NCBI GenBank assembly: GCA_027340875.1
Contig: DAIENX010000007.1
Coordinates: 64,001-128,000 of the forward strand
Source of the DNA: Elusimicrobiota bacterium
GTDB lineage: Bacteria > Elusimicrobiota > Elusimicrobia > Elusimicrobiales > UBA9959
Direction of reading: 5' to 3'
Length of the DNA stretch: 64,000 nt
The translations under genes were made by a program, and so were the position numbers. Positions 19,139 through 27,879 of the stretch are shown piece after piece (position 1 is the first letter of the stretch; each line of letters starts with the position of its first letter). Under the pieces are notes generated by a model, which saw nothing but the letters and a program-made list of their open reading frames with translations, ran no database searches and was not told the origin of the DNA.

Positions 19139-19810
19139 GGCCGGACCGGGCCTGGCGGCCCGTTTGTGCCTGACGTATTCCACTATCGCCGGCAGTATCG
19201 AGATGAAGATGATGACCAGTATGACCGCGGTGAAGTTCTTCCTGACGGCCGGTATGTTGCCGAAAAAATACCCCGCGAAGGTCACTATCGTGACCCAGCT
19301 GAAACCGCCTATCACGTTGAACATAAGGAAGCGGGGATAGGTCATCGCCCCGACGCCGGCCACGAAAGGCGCGAACGTGCGCACTATCGGCACGTACTTG
19401 CAGAGGATGATGGCCTTCCCGCCGTACTTCTCGTAGAAGTTATGCGTCTTCTGAAGGTACTCCTTCCTGAAGATCCGCGAGTTCTCGTAGTGGAAGACCT
19501 TGGGGCCGATGTAGTTGCCGACCGCGTAGTTCACGTTGTCGCCGAGTATGGCCGCGAAGGCCAGCAGCGGCCAGATCTTCTGTATGTCCAGGTACTGCAG
19601 GGCGGCGAAAGTGCCCACCGCGAACAGCAGCGAGTCGCCGGGAAGGATAGGCGTGACGACAAGGCCGGTCTCGCAGAAGATTATCAGGAAAAGTATCAGG
19701 TAGGTCCAGGCGCCGTAGTCCTGTATCACCGCGCCGAGCGTCCTGTCCAGGTGGAGGAAAAGGTCGAACGCGTAGACCAGGAAGGAAAAAAGCTTGTCGA
19801 AGATCTCCAT
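19133..19810 (-). CDS. dedA: DedA family membrane protein
   Basis: IIFCETGLVVTPILPGDSLLF, GDNVNY, VPIVRTFAPFVAG. Confidence 0.92.
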   Translation of the reverse strand: MEIFDKLFSFLVYAFDLFLHLDRTLGAVIQDYGAWTYLILFLIIFCETGLVVTPILPGDSLLFAVGTFAALQYLDIQKIWPLLAFAAILGDNVNYAVGNYIGPKVFHYENSRIFRKEYLQKTHNFYEKYGGKAIILCKYVPIVRTFAPFVAGVGAMTYPRFLMFNVIGGFSWVTIVTFAGYFFGNIPAVRKNFTAVILVIIFISILPAIVEYVRHKRAARPGPAL

Positions 19811-19863
19811 TTATCCCCCGACCGAAAATAAAATTGCCGCCCAGGGGCGGCAACCTTTAAATC

Positions 19864-20020
19864 TGGTGGGTGGTACAGGTGAGGACCGCCTTCAGAGCGA
19901 AGCATAATTATGCTTCGCGTGCGGTCCGCAAGGCCGGAGCCGGTTTCCTGCGCAGCGAAACCGGCGAGGCGGGGTCGCGGAAAACCGCTATGCGGTTTAT
20001 CCGTGACTTGAACCTGCAAC
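19864..20020 (-). other. Duplicated tRNA-Val 3' fragment whose T-loop is interrupted by a 126-nt structured insert
   Basis: Minus strand GCAGGTTCAAGT-[19880..20005]-CCTGTACCACCCACCA; the last 16 nt match the tRNA 3' end exactly. Confidence 0.75.
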
Positions 20021-20042
20021 TCCCAGAAAGATCCAAAAACTT

Positions 20043-20117
20043 TGGTGGGTGGTACAGGATTTGAACCTGTGACATCTGTCGTGTGAGGACAGCGCTCTAC
20101 CGCTGAGCTAACCACCC
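20043..20117 (-). tRNA. tRNA-Val(CAC)
   Basis: GGGTGGT acceptor stem, TAGCTCAGCGGTAGAGC D-arm, CTGTC-CTCACAC-GACAG anticodon arm, GGTTCAAATCC T-arm, encoded CCA. Confidence 0.96.
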
Positions 20118-20168
20118 GCGCGATAAGAAATTCTAGCACATTTGGGCCCCGGGCATAAACCGGGCGGT

Positions 20169-21089
20169 TCAGGGAAAAAGGATGTTCACCGCGCGCGGCA
20201 GCGTCTCGAAGACCGCCGGCAGCATCCCCTCCGCCTCGCCGTCGATATTAAGCCAGACCGGCTCCTCCGAGTAAACCTCCAGCCGGCGCAGGCTCATGCG
20301 CGAGACCCCCGGAGAGCCGATATGCTTTCCTTTATATATGAGCGGGAACTTCCCGATCAACGCCGGCCGGCTCATATCCTCGACCAGTACCAGGTCCATA
20401 AGACCGTCATCGTCCTTGGCGCCGGGCGCCACCAGCATGCCGCCTCCCATGGATGAAGTGTTGGCCAGGACCCCGAAGTGGAAGCTGCCCTTTATCTCCC
20501 TGCCGTCGGCCCGCAGCGCTATCGCCCGGGCCCGGGCGCCCAGTATGGAAAGCAGCGAGGACACCGCGTAGGAAACGGTGCCGCCGAGCGGCTTTCCCAT
20601 TTCCTTTATATGGCGCGCTACGTCCCCGGCGAGACCGAACGCGGCGATATTGATGAAATGCCTCGTTCCCGGGGAGCCGTCCTCCCCGGTGAAATCCGCC
20701 CGCCCCGCATCTATCGGCCTGGAGCGGCCGCGCGCCAGCATGCCGAGCAGACCTTCGGCGTCGCGGGGACAGCCGAGGTGCCTGGCCAGGTCGCAGCCGG
20801 AGCCGGCGGGGAAAGCCCCTAGCGCCGTGCGCCGCCTCAGGCTTTCCGGCGACGCCATCATTCCCTCCAGCGCCTCGCGCAGCGTGCCGTCGCCGCCCAC
20901 CGCTATCACTTTCTCCGCGCCGGCCCGAACGGCTTCCTCGGCCAGCGCGGCCGCGTGGCCCGGCCGTTCCGTAACGGAGAAGCCGGAACCCGGCGCAAGC
21001 CGCAGCGCCCGCTCGCGCAGGCCTTCCCAGAAACGCAGGGCCCTGCCGTGGCCGGCCGCCGGGTTTATGATGAAGAAATTGGATGGCAT
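20169..21089 (-). CDS. Diacylglycerol/lipid kinase family (YegS/BmrU)
   Basis: IINPAAG, AVGGDGT, PAGSGCDLAR, NIDGE. Confidence 0.9.
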   Translation of the reverse strand: MPSNFFIINPAAGHGRALRFWEGLRERALRLAPGSGFSVTERPGHAAALAEEAVRAGAEKVIAVGGDGTLREALEGMMASPESLRRRTALGAFPAGSGCDLARHLGCPRDAEGLLGMLARGRSRPIDAGRADFTGEDGSPGTRHFINIAAFGLAGDVARHIKEMGKPLGGTVSYAVSSLLSILGARARAIALRADGREIKGSFHFGVLANTSSMGGGMLVAPGAKDDDGLMDLVLVEDMSRPALIGKFPLIYKGKHIGSPGVSRMSLRRLEVYSEEPVWLNIDGEAEGMLPAVFETLPRAVNILFP

Positions 21090-21227
21090 CGTACGCTGTC
21101 GGCTCCGCCGCCGCTATCCGCCGCGACACGCTATGATAACAAAAAAGAGCGCCGGCGGCGCCGTAAAGCAGAGGCGGCGCCGAGGACCATCCGGTCCGGG
21201 CGCCGCCTTATTTCCGAAGCGAGCGAG

Positions 21228-21323
21228 TTACTTCTTCTTCGCTTTCTTCGCTTTCTTCACGGACTTCTTCGCCGTCTTTTTCTTGGCGACCTTCTTAGCA
21301 ACCTTCTTTTTCGCTTTAGGCAT
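21228..21323 (-). CDS. 31-aa Lys/Ala-rich histone-H1-like microprotein (not in the ORF track)
   Basis: MPKAKKKVAKKVAKKKTAKKSVKKAKKAKKK; AAGGAG SD; own promoter; downstream GC hairpin at 21173-21208. Confidence 0.8.
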   Translation of the reverse strand: MPKAKKKVAKKVAKKKTAKKSVKKAKKAKKK

Positions 21324-21356
21324 TTTATCTCCTTGCGCTCATCAGCGCGTGAATTG

Positions 21357-21385
21357 ATTGTATATCATGAAATTTCAAAATGCAA
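21357..21385 (-). promoter_or_regulatory. sigma70-type promoter of the microprotein
   Basis: TTGCAT-N17-TACAAT with an AT-rich upstream tract. Confidence 0.7.
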
Positions 21386-21454
21386 TAGGAAATTTTATTT
21401 TTTTGAAAATATTTTTCGCCGCGGAACCCGGAGAAGGTTTTATATAATTAAAAA

Positions 21455-21763
21455 ATGAACGAAACGCTGGACATCTGCGCGCTGGAGAAGCTGCCCGACG
21501 GCAGGCCGCAGGCCTTCTTTCCTCTCGGGCTGCCGGTGCTGCTGCTGCGCCGTGGAGCCGAGGTCTTCGCGCTGGAGAACCGCTGCGCGCACATGGGCTG
21601 CCCGCTCTCGTCGGGCAGGCTCGACGGGTACACGCTGCAGTGTCCCTGCCACGACTGGCGCTTCGACGTACGCGACGGCAGGTTCCTCGACGCGCCGGAG
21701 ATCTCGCTGCGCACCTACGCCGCGACGGTAAAGGACGGCAGAGTCCATCTGAGGTTGCCATGA
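21455..21763 (+). CDS. Rieske [2Fe-2S] ferredoxin
   Basis: CAH...CPCH, FDVRDG. Confidence 0.88.
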   Translation: MNETLDICALEKLPDGRPQAFFPLGLPVLLLRRGAEVFALENRCAHMGCPLSSGRLDGYTLQCPCHDWRFDVRDGRFLDAPEISLRTYAATVKDGRVHLRLP

Positions 21764-22011
21764 AAAAAGTCACCATCTACGCGCTCAGCACCTGCTTGTG
21801 GTGCAAGAAGACGAAGAAGTTCTTCGAGGAACGGAACGTGGCGTTCGACGCCGTGGATTACGACAAGCAGGACGAGCAGAAGCAGGCCGAGATGAAGAAG
21901 GAGATGAAGGATGCCGGCTGTTCTGCCTCTTTCCCGTTCGTCCGCATCGGCGGCTCCTGCATCCAGGGCTACGACCCCGACGAGTTCGAGAAGCTGCTAG
22001 GGGAAAAATGA
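21760..22011 (+). CDS. Glutaredoxin/NrdH-like protein
   Basis: MKKVTIYALSTCLWCKKTK (CxxC), SFP, GYD; ATGA overlap. Confidence 0.88.
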   Translation: MKKVTIYALSTCLWCKKTKKFFEERNVAFDAVDYDKQDEQKQAEMKKEMKDAGCSASFPFVRIGGSCIQGYDPDEFEKLLGEK

Positions 22012-22346
22012 GCGTCGAGACCCGCAAGGCGGCGCTCCGCTTCCTGTTCGCCCCTATCGTAGACAGGCTAGGCTACAAGTTCACGCCCAACGAGGAGGAC
22101 GCCGACTTCCTGCTCGAGCAGGAGGCCGCCCTCGAGGCCGAGACCGGCATTCCGTACTGCCCGTGCCAGGCCCGCGCGGGAGAGCGCTCCGAGGATATGC
22201 GCATGGTCTGTCCCTGCATCCCTTTCCACCGCTCCCATTACGACGCGATGCGGCGCTGCTGGTGCGGCCTGTTCGTACACAAGGACGTGACCGATCCGGA
22301 CAGGCTGAGGCAGATACCGGAGAGCAAGTTCAAGGCGGGGAACTGA
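22008..22346 (+). CDS. Ferredoxin-thioredoxin reductase catalytic subunit-like
   Basis: YCPC...VCPC...CWCGLF triad; ATGA overlap. Confidence 0.85.
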   Translation: MSVETRKAALRFLFAPIVDRLGYKFTPNEEDADFLLEQEAALEAETGIPYCPCQARAGERSEDMRMVCPCIPFHRSHYDAMRRCWCGLFVHKDVTDPDRLRQIPESKFKAGN

Positions 22347-22349
22347 GCC

Positions 22350-22706
22350 ATGTACGCGAAGGCCATAGAGACGAAGGAACTGGCGCCGGGCGGGATGAAG
22401 GCCGTCGCGCTGCGCGGCGTCGAAGCCGTGATCTGCGAATACGCGGGCCGTTATTACGCCGTCTCCCGCGCCTGCGGGCACGCCGCCGCGCGGCTGGAGC
22501 GCGGCGCCCTGACCGGCTGGATACTCACCTGCCCGCTCCACTTCGCGCAGTTCGACGTGCGCACCGGAGAGGCGCTCAGCGGTCCCGCCCCCAAAGCGCC
22601 TGAAACGGCCCACCGCGATCCCCGCGACCCCTCGCTGTCCACCAGGGGACTGAAGACCTGGCCGGCCAAAGCCGAGGACGGCTGGATCTGGATAGATATT
22701 CCTTAA
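22350..22706 (+). CDS. Rieske [2Fe-2S] ferredoxin
   Basis: CGH...CPLH, FDVRTG...GPA. Confidence 0.88.
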   Translation: MYAKAIETKELAPGGMKAVALRGVEAVICEYAGRYYAVSRACGHAAARLERGALTGWILTCPLHFAQFDVRTGEALSGPAPKAPETAHRDPRDPSLSTRGLKTWPAKAEDGWIWIDIP

Positions 22707-22720
22707 CTAAGGCAGGCCCC

Positions 22721-22760
22721 AAAAAAAGGACGGCTCCCCTCGCGGGGAGCCGTCCTCATT
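22721..22760. terminator. Intrinsic terminator between convergent genes
   Basis: AGGACGGCTCCCC-tcgc-GGGGAGCCGTCCT with an A tract on the left. Confidence 0.8.
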
Positions 22761-22773
22761 TCCGGACCGGGGG

Positions 22774-23484
22774 TCAGCGCCGGACAGCGCGCTCAGGAAG
22801 CAAGACCGGCCTCGACATCTCTATCGGCTTCGAAACGAACAGCAGCGAGCCGTAATCTATGCGCAGTCCGTAAAGCACTCCGTTCACGGCCAGCAGCCAG
22901 CGCGGATAGTCCGCGATCTGGCCGTCCGGAGTGAGCGAGAAGTAATACAGGCCGTCGGACCCCACCCTGAGAGAGACCGTCCCCTCGTTCTCCGTCAGCG
23001 GCTCCAGGTTGCGGAAGACGGCGTAGGTCACGGCGTCACCGAACGTCACCTTCAGGGAATTGTTGTAGAGCTGGTCGAACAGGGCGGTCATAGTGGTCTC
23101 CACCCTGGCGCCCGCCCCCTCTATCGCCACCGCGTCCCCGGTCTTGGTTATCCTCAGTTCCAGGCCCTTGTACTTGTAGACGACGCCCGTCTCGAGAACG
23201 TCTTCTTTCCACGCGCCGGCCCCGAAGCCGGAAACCGGCTTTATCATGAGCCAGGCGTCCCAGGCGGCGTCGAAGACCACCGAAACCAGGAGCTTCTCCC
23301 CGCCTATCTCCAGCGGCAGCGAGGCCTTATCCCTGGCCGCCAGCAGTTCCAGCAGCGGCGTGGCGCTTATGACCGATATCTCGGAGCGCGCGGCCAGCAG
23401 GCCGGCCGCGGCGGCGCTCTCGGAACGGCCCCACTCGGCGGAAGCCGGTACCGCCGCCATCATCAGCATCAATAAGATCTTCAT
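22774..23484 (-). CDS. Hypothetical exported protein
   Basis: Signal peptide (ASA-EW), typical codon bias; no recognised family. Confidence 0.65.
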   Translation of the reverse strand: MKILLMLMMAAVPASAEWGRSESAAAAGLLAARSEISVISATPLLELLAARDKASLPLEIGGEKLLVSVVFDAAWDAWLMIKPVSGFGAGAWKEDVLETGVVYKYKGLELRITKTGDAVAIEGAGARVETTMTALFDQLYNNSLKVTFGDAVTYAVFRNLEPLTENEGTVSLRVGSDGLYYFSLTPDGQIADYPRWLLAVNGVLYGLRIDYGSLLFVSKPIEMSRPVLLPERAVRR

Positions 23485-23513
23485 AACCTCATTCTACAAT
23501 AATGCCAGCCTGA

Positions 23514-23708
23514 GCGGACATGCGCCGCGGCAGGCGAAAATCCCGCAGCGGCCGGCGAGGGCATGCCTTCGGAGGGGCCTCACGAGGCCCGAGCTTGCGA
23601 AGCGCGAGGGCCGAGCTGACAGAGCGGGGCCACGGTGTGGCCCCGCGTACCCGGAGAAGGCGTGCCCTTGTCGGCCAATAATTCCCGGGCCTGCCCGCGC
23701 ATATCCGC
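23514..23708 (+). repeat. Structured intergenic element, CACGGTGTG family (copy A)
   Basis: Nested stems; core GAGCTTGCGAAGC...GCGGGGCCACGGTGTGGCCCCGC-GT. Confidence 0.7.
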
Positions 23709-23742
23709 AAAAAAAACCGCCCGGTTCTGAGGCCGGGCGGTT
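23709..23742 (-). terminator. Intrinsic terminator
   Basis: AACCGCCCGG...CCGGGCGGTT with A8 on the left. Confidence 0.8.
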
Positions 23743-23760
23743 CGTCAAGAATAAGAAGGA

Positions 23761-23997
23761 TTACTTCTTCTTCTTGCCGGAATTCTTCATGATGGCGCGG
23801 GAGATGTTCCCCTTCTTATCGATGAAGTACAGGTAGCCCTTCTCTTTCTTCAGGCCGACCTTCACGGCGGTCTTCGCTTTGCCGCCCTTCTTTTTGCCGC
23901 GGGCCATCAGCGCGCAGGATATGTCGCCCTTCTTGTCGATGAAGTACAGGTAGCCCTTCTCGCGCTTCAGACCAACTTTCTGTATCATTTCAGCCAT
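23761..23997 (-). CDS. Small basic protein with an internal tandem duplication
   Basis: KVGLK(R/K)EKGYLYFIDKKG(D/N)IS.A.M occurs twice; GGAGG SD; Lys-rich. Confidence 0.8.
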   Translation of the reverse strand: MAEMIQKVGLKREKGYLYFIDKKGDISCALMARGKKKGGKAKTAVKVGLKKEKGYLYFIDKKGNISRAIMKNSGKKKK

Positions 23998-24142
23998 TTT
24001 CACTTTCCTCCGTTGACTTCCCCCCCTGCTCTCGCCGGGGCGAATTTTCGCTCCCGTCGGGGGCGATAGGTAGATACTACATTATGCCGACGGAAAACGC
24101 AAGGGTTTTTTCCGGAAGGGCCGGACGGCCGCCCGTCGGGAG

Positions 24143-25084
24143 CTATTTCCCGGCTCCGGCAGGGGCCTCGGCCTCGGGCGCCGGCTCGGGGAGGAACTCG
24201 GAGAAGAAGGCCGAGACGCGGCCGCGGTACACCTCGCCGCCCACCTCGGCGCATTTGGCGTGCGACGCGCCGGCCATCTTCCACATCTGTTTTTTCTCCG
24301 ACGAGCAGAGCGCGAACAGCGCCTCCGCGTCCTCTATCGGCACCAGATCGTCGTTGTCGCCGTTGATGAACATCACGGGTATTTTCAGCGAGCCGACGTT
24401 GTAACGCGGGCTGTACGGCTCCGGGTCGGCCTTCAGCCTGCGGCGGACGAAGAAAAGGGTGAGGGCCACCAGCGGATAGTACGGCACCTTGAGCCTGCGC
24501 CAGCTCCAGTTCGCGACCACTTTCTGGTAGGACAGGAAGGTGTTCTCCGCCAGCAGGCAGGTTATCTCCGGGTACTTGGCCGCCGCATAGATAGATACCG
24601 CTCCGCCCATGGAGGTCCCGAAAAGCGCCACCTTTTCCGCGGCGTGCGGCCGGTGCGTCTTCAGGAATTCATAGGCGGCGTCGAAATCCCTCGTCTCGAG
24701 ATAGCCGACACTGGAGACCGTCCCCTTGCTCTCCCCCGAAGCGCGGAAATCGAAATAAAAAAGGTTGAAGCCCTTCTCGGCCAGGAACCACGTGTCGCGC
24801 AGCATCTCTCCGCGGTTGGAGCCCCAGCCGTGGCTGAAGATGATAGTGCGGCAGCTTTCGCCTCCGGGAGCCGGGATGAACCAGCCCTTCAGCCGCACCC
24901 TGTCGGCGGTCGAGAACTCAACGGTCTCGTAGGCCAGACGGTACTGGTCCGGGTTGTAGGCGAGCGCGCCGCCGCGCACCGGCATGAGTATCTCCGAGCT
25001 CTTGTGGTAGGAAAGGTACACCAGCACGGCGGCCATCACCGCCAGCGCGAACAGGAACCAGTTGACGAGTTCAGCTATGCTCAT
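24143..25084 (-). CDS. Membrane-anchored alpha/beta hydrolase
   Basis: N-terminal TM, LKGWFIP, HGWG, GTSMGG, GDNDDLVP, GASH. Confidence 0.85.
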   Translation of the reverse strand: MSIAELVNWFLFALAVMAAVLVYLSYHKSSEILMPVRGGALAYNPDQYRLAYETVEFSTADRVRLKGWFIPAPGGESCRTIIFSHGWGSNRGEMLRDTWFLAEKGFNLFYFDFRASGESKGTVSSVGYLETRDFDAAYEFLKTHRPHAAEKVALFGTSMGGAVSIYAAAKYPEITCLLAENTFLSYQKVVANWSWRRLKVPYYPLVALTLFFVRRRLKADPEPYSPRYNVGSLKIPVMFINGDNDDLVPIEDAEALFALCSSEKKQMWKMAGASHAKCAEVGGEVYRGRVSAFFSEFLPEPAPEAEAPAGAGK

Positions 25085-25085
25085 A

Positions 25086-25817
25086 TCATTTCACCAGCTT
25101 CCTGATGCCCAGCAGGTCGAAGTAGTCGTAGAAACCAGGGCGGCGGGCCGCCGTCCAGACCGCGGCCTTGAGCGCGCCGGCCGCGAAAACCGCGCGGGAA
25201 TGCGCCATGTGTTTCAGCTCGACGCGCTCGTGCGGACCTGCGAAAAGGACCGTATGGTCGCCGACTATATCCCCGGCCCTGACGCTGGTCATAGGCGGGG
25301 GCTTCCCGCCGCGCGCGGCGGCTATGGCCGCGGCGAAACGCAGCGCGGTGCCGGAGGGGGCGTCCTTCTTGGCGGAGTGATGCGCCTCGTGAACGTGCAC
25401 GTCGAACCCGTGCAGCCGCCCGGCGGCGAACGCCGCCAGCGAGAAGCAGAGATTGACGGCCGGGCTCATGTTCGGAGAGAAGAAGACGGCGGTCCTGCGG
25501 GCCGCGGCCTTCAGCGAGGCGAGCTGCGCTCCGGAAAAGCCGGTAGTGCCCGTCACGAAAGGCTTGCGCGCCCCGGCGCAGGCGGCCGCGTAGGCGCAGG
25601 CGGCGGCCGGCGAGGAGAAATCCACCGCCACGTCAGCGGATGAGAGAAGGCCGGCGAAAGCGGCAGGGAGCTCTATGCCCTCGCCGCCCGCGGAATCTAC
25701 GCGGCCGGCCAGCTCGAAAGCCGGAGAGGACGCCATCTCTGCCGTCACGGCGCGGCCCATCCTGCCGGCGGCGCCGCTGACTAGCACGCGAAGAGCCTTC
25801 CTTTTCATGGATTCCAT
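25086..25817 (-). CDS. dapB: 4-hydroxy-tetrahydrodipicolinate reductase
   Basis: GAAGRMG, VDFS, GTTG, EAHHSAKKDAPSGTA, GDHTV. Confidence 0.93.
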   Translation of the reverse strand: MESMKRKALRVLVSGAAGRMGRAVTAEMASSPAFELAGRVDSAGGEGIELPAAFAGLLSSADVAVDFSSPAAACAYAAACAGARKPFVTGTTGFSGAQLASLKAAARRTAVFFSPNMSPAVNLCFSLAAFAAGRLHGFDVHVHEAHHSAKKDAPSGTALRFAAAIAAARGGKPPPMTSVRAGDIVGDHTVLFAGPHERVELKHMAHSRAVFAAGALKAAVWTAARRPGFYDYFDLLGIRKLVK

Positions 25818-25922
25818 TATAAATATTATAGGTTCTCGATTACAATAACGGCCGGCGGCCCTCCTTAACGATATCCTTTTTATTGGATTTGCCCGCGTTC
25901 TTTTGCTATCCTTTTTCCTGTC

Positions 25923-27152
25923 ATGGTATACCTGCTTTCGCTGGCGGTCGCAACACTTCTCATCGTCATCGGCGTCCTGCTGCGCAAGGTATACGAGCTT
26001 CGCCTGGACAAGCCGCCCGAATCCGCCAGCGGCACCGAGCTCTCCTTAAGGGCCACCTGGGGCAAGTTCGACGAGCTGCTGACCAGCCTGCTCACCATCC
26101 ACGAGATAGGCATAGTGAACGCCGGCACGATAAAGAAGGAGGAGTTCTACCAGACCGTGGTGGAATCCGCCTGCGAGCTGATAGCCTCGCCCCGCGGCTC
26201 GCTGATGATACACGACGCGCAGGCCGACGAGCTCCGCATAGCCGCCTCCAAGAACATTTCCCGCGAGGTCATCGAGAACACCCGCATAAAGCCGGGCCTC
26301 GGCATAGCCGGCCGAGCGTTCCAGACCGGGGAGACAATCTTCGTTACCGACCCGGCGCAGAACACCCAGTACAAGGATTTCATCGGCAAGGAGGAGCAGA
26401 AGGACCCCTTCATCGCGATACCGCTGAAGCTCAAGGAAAAGCCCTTCGGCGTGCTGAACCTCCACCTCTCCCGCGAGAAGGAATCCTTCACCGACTACGA
26501 CCTCAAATTCCTGACGCTCCTGGCCGGCGAGACCGCCATCACGCTCGAGAACATCAAGCTCTACGAGAGCCTCGAGAACTTCTACCTCGAGATGGTGCAG
26601 ACGCTCGCGCGCGTGATAGACGCGAAGGACTCCTATACCGGCGACCACGCGGGCCGCGCCCGCCAGAAGGCGCGGCGCCTCGCCGAGGAACTGCGCATGC
26701 CCGAGCAGATGATCCGCTACGTGGAGTACGCGGCCCTGCTGCACGATATCGGCAAGATAGGCATCGACGGCGCTATCCTCTCCAAGCCGGGCAAGCTGAC
26801 CAACGAGGAGTACGAGGAGATCAAGAAGCACCCGGCCATAGGCTACCAGATACTTTCCCCGATAAATTTCCTCGGGCCGGTGGCGCAGATGGTGCTCTAC
26901 CACCAGGAATGGTTCAACGGCATGGGCTACCCCGAGGGTCTCAAGGGCGAGGAGATCCCGCTGGGCGCGCGCATCGTGGCCACGATAGACGCCTGGGACG
27001 CCATGCGCAGCGACCGCCCCTACCGCAAGGCCCTCAGCGTGGATATCGCCGAGGACCAGCTGATCAAGGGCTCAAGCCGCCAGTTCGACCCCGACGTGGT
27101 CAAGGCCTTCCTGAAGCTGGAGAAGGCCGGCTGGCCCGAGTTCGAGAAATAG
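25923..27152 (+). CDS. TM-GAF-HD-GYP cyclic-dinucleotide phosphodiesterase
   Basis: N-terminal TM, GAF (GIAGRA...IAIPL...GVLN), LLHDIGKIG, HQEWFNGMGYPEGLKGEEIP, DRPYRK. Confidence 0.9.
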   Translation: MVYLLSLAVATLLIVIGVLLRKVYELRLDKPPESASGTELSLRATWGKFDELLTSLLTIHEIGIVNAGTIKKEEFYQTVVESACELIASPRGSLMIHDAQADELRIAASKNISREVIENTRIKPGLGIAGRAFQTGETIFVTDPAQNTQYKDFIGKEEQKDPFIAIPLKLKEKPFGVLNLHLSREKESFTDYDLKFLTLLAGETAITLENIKLYESLENFYLEMVQTLARVIDAKDSYTGDHAGRARQKARRLAEELRMPEQMIRYVEYAALLHDIGKIGIDGAILSKPGKLTNEEYEEIKKHPAIGYQILSPINFLGPVAQMVLYHQEWFNGMGYPEGLKGEEIPLGARIVATIDAWDAMRSDRPYRKALSVDIAEDQLIKGSSRQFDPDVVKAFLKLEKAGWPEFEK

Positions 27153-27165
27153 CCCGGAGGGCAAC

Positions 27166-27879
27166 GTGCTCTCCATAGTCCCCACACCGATAGGAAACCT
27201 GAAAGATATCACGCTGCGCGCGCTGGACGTCCTGCGCGAGGCCGACGCCGTCTTCTGCGAGGACACGCGCCGCACGCTGAACCTGCTGAACCATTTCGGC
27301 CTCTCCAAGAAGCTTTTCCGCTACAACGAGCACGACGAGCGGTCCGTGGCCGGCGCGATGGCCTGGCTCAAGTCCGGCAAGAGCGCCGCGCTCGTCACCG
27401 ACGGCGGCTCCCCCTGCATCTCCGACCCCGGCAAGAGGCTGGTCTCCCTGGCCCGCGCCAACGGCATAAAGGTCACGGCGCTGCCGGGCCCGTCGGCCGT
27501 CATCGCCGCCGCGGCCGGCTCGGGACTTCCCTGCGACTCCTTCGTTTTTTTGGGCTTCCTGCCCCGCTCGCGCGGGAAGATCCTCAAGGCGCTCAAGGCC
27601 GCTTTTTCCCTGAACAAGACCGTCATCCTTTTCGAGTCCCCGTACCGGCTGAAGAAGTTCCTGGCCATGGCGCGGGAGGAGTTCGGCCCGGGCCTGACGG
27701 AGGTGGTGGCCCGCGAAATAAGCAAGGTCTACGAGGAGTGGACCGGCGGCGCCATCGACGAGACCATCGCGAAGATCGAATCCGCCGGAGAGGTGAAGGG
27801 CGAGGTGGTGGTGCTGCTGCGGCCGCCCGAGGCAGCGGAAGAGGAGAGCGGCGGCTCCGAAGAGGAGGACCTGCCCTGA
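27166..27879 (+). CDS. rsmI: 16S rRNA (C1402-2'-O)-methyltransferase
   Basis: PTPIGNLKDIT, CEDTR, ISDPG, PGPSA, FESPYR, REISKVYEE. Confidence 0.92.
   Translation: MLSIVPTPIGNLKDITLRALDVLREADAVFCEDTRRTLNLLNHFGLSKKLFRYNEHDERSVAGAMAWLKSGKSAALVTDGGSPCISDPGKRLVSLARANGIKVTALPGPSAVIAAAAGSGLPCDSFVFLGFLPRSRGKILKALKAAFSLNKTVILFESPYRLKKFLAMAREEFGPGLTEVVAREISKVYEEWTGGAIDETIAKIESAGEVKGEVVVLLRPPEAAEEESGGSEEEDLP

Noticed and set aside
16642..19173. 843-aa plus-strand ORF and many other long antisense ORFs (e.g. 9712..11091, 27729..29678, 42430..44025, 50001..51998)
   Set aside because: Shadow frames of recognisable genes in GC-rich DNA, with no motifs of their own.
19864..20117. Intact integrative element or prophage at tRNA-Val
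   Set aside because: Only about 160 nt separate the 16-nt repeats and no integrase is present; kept as a scar/insert finding instead.
21354..21368. FNR/CRP box (TTGAT...ATCAT)
   Set aside because: Spacing is 5 rather than 4 nt and the site is explained by the -10 region of the microprotein promoter.
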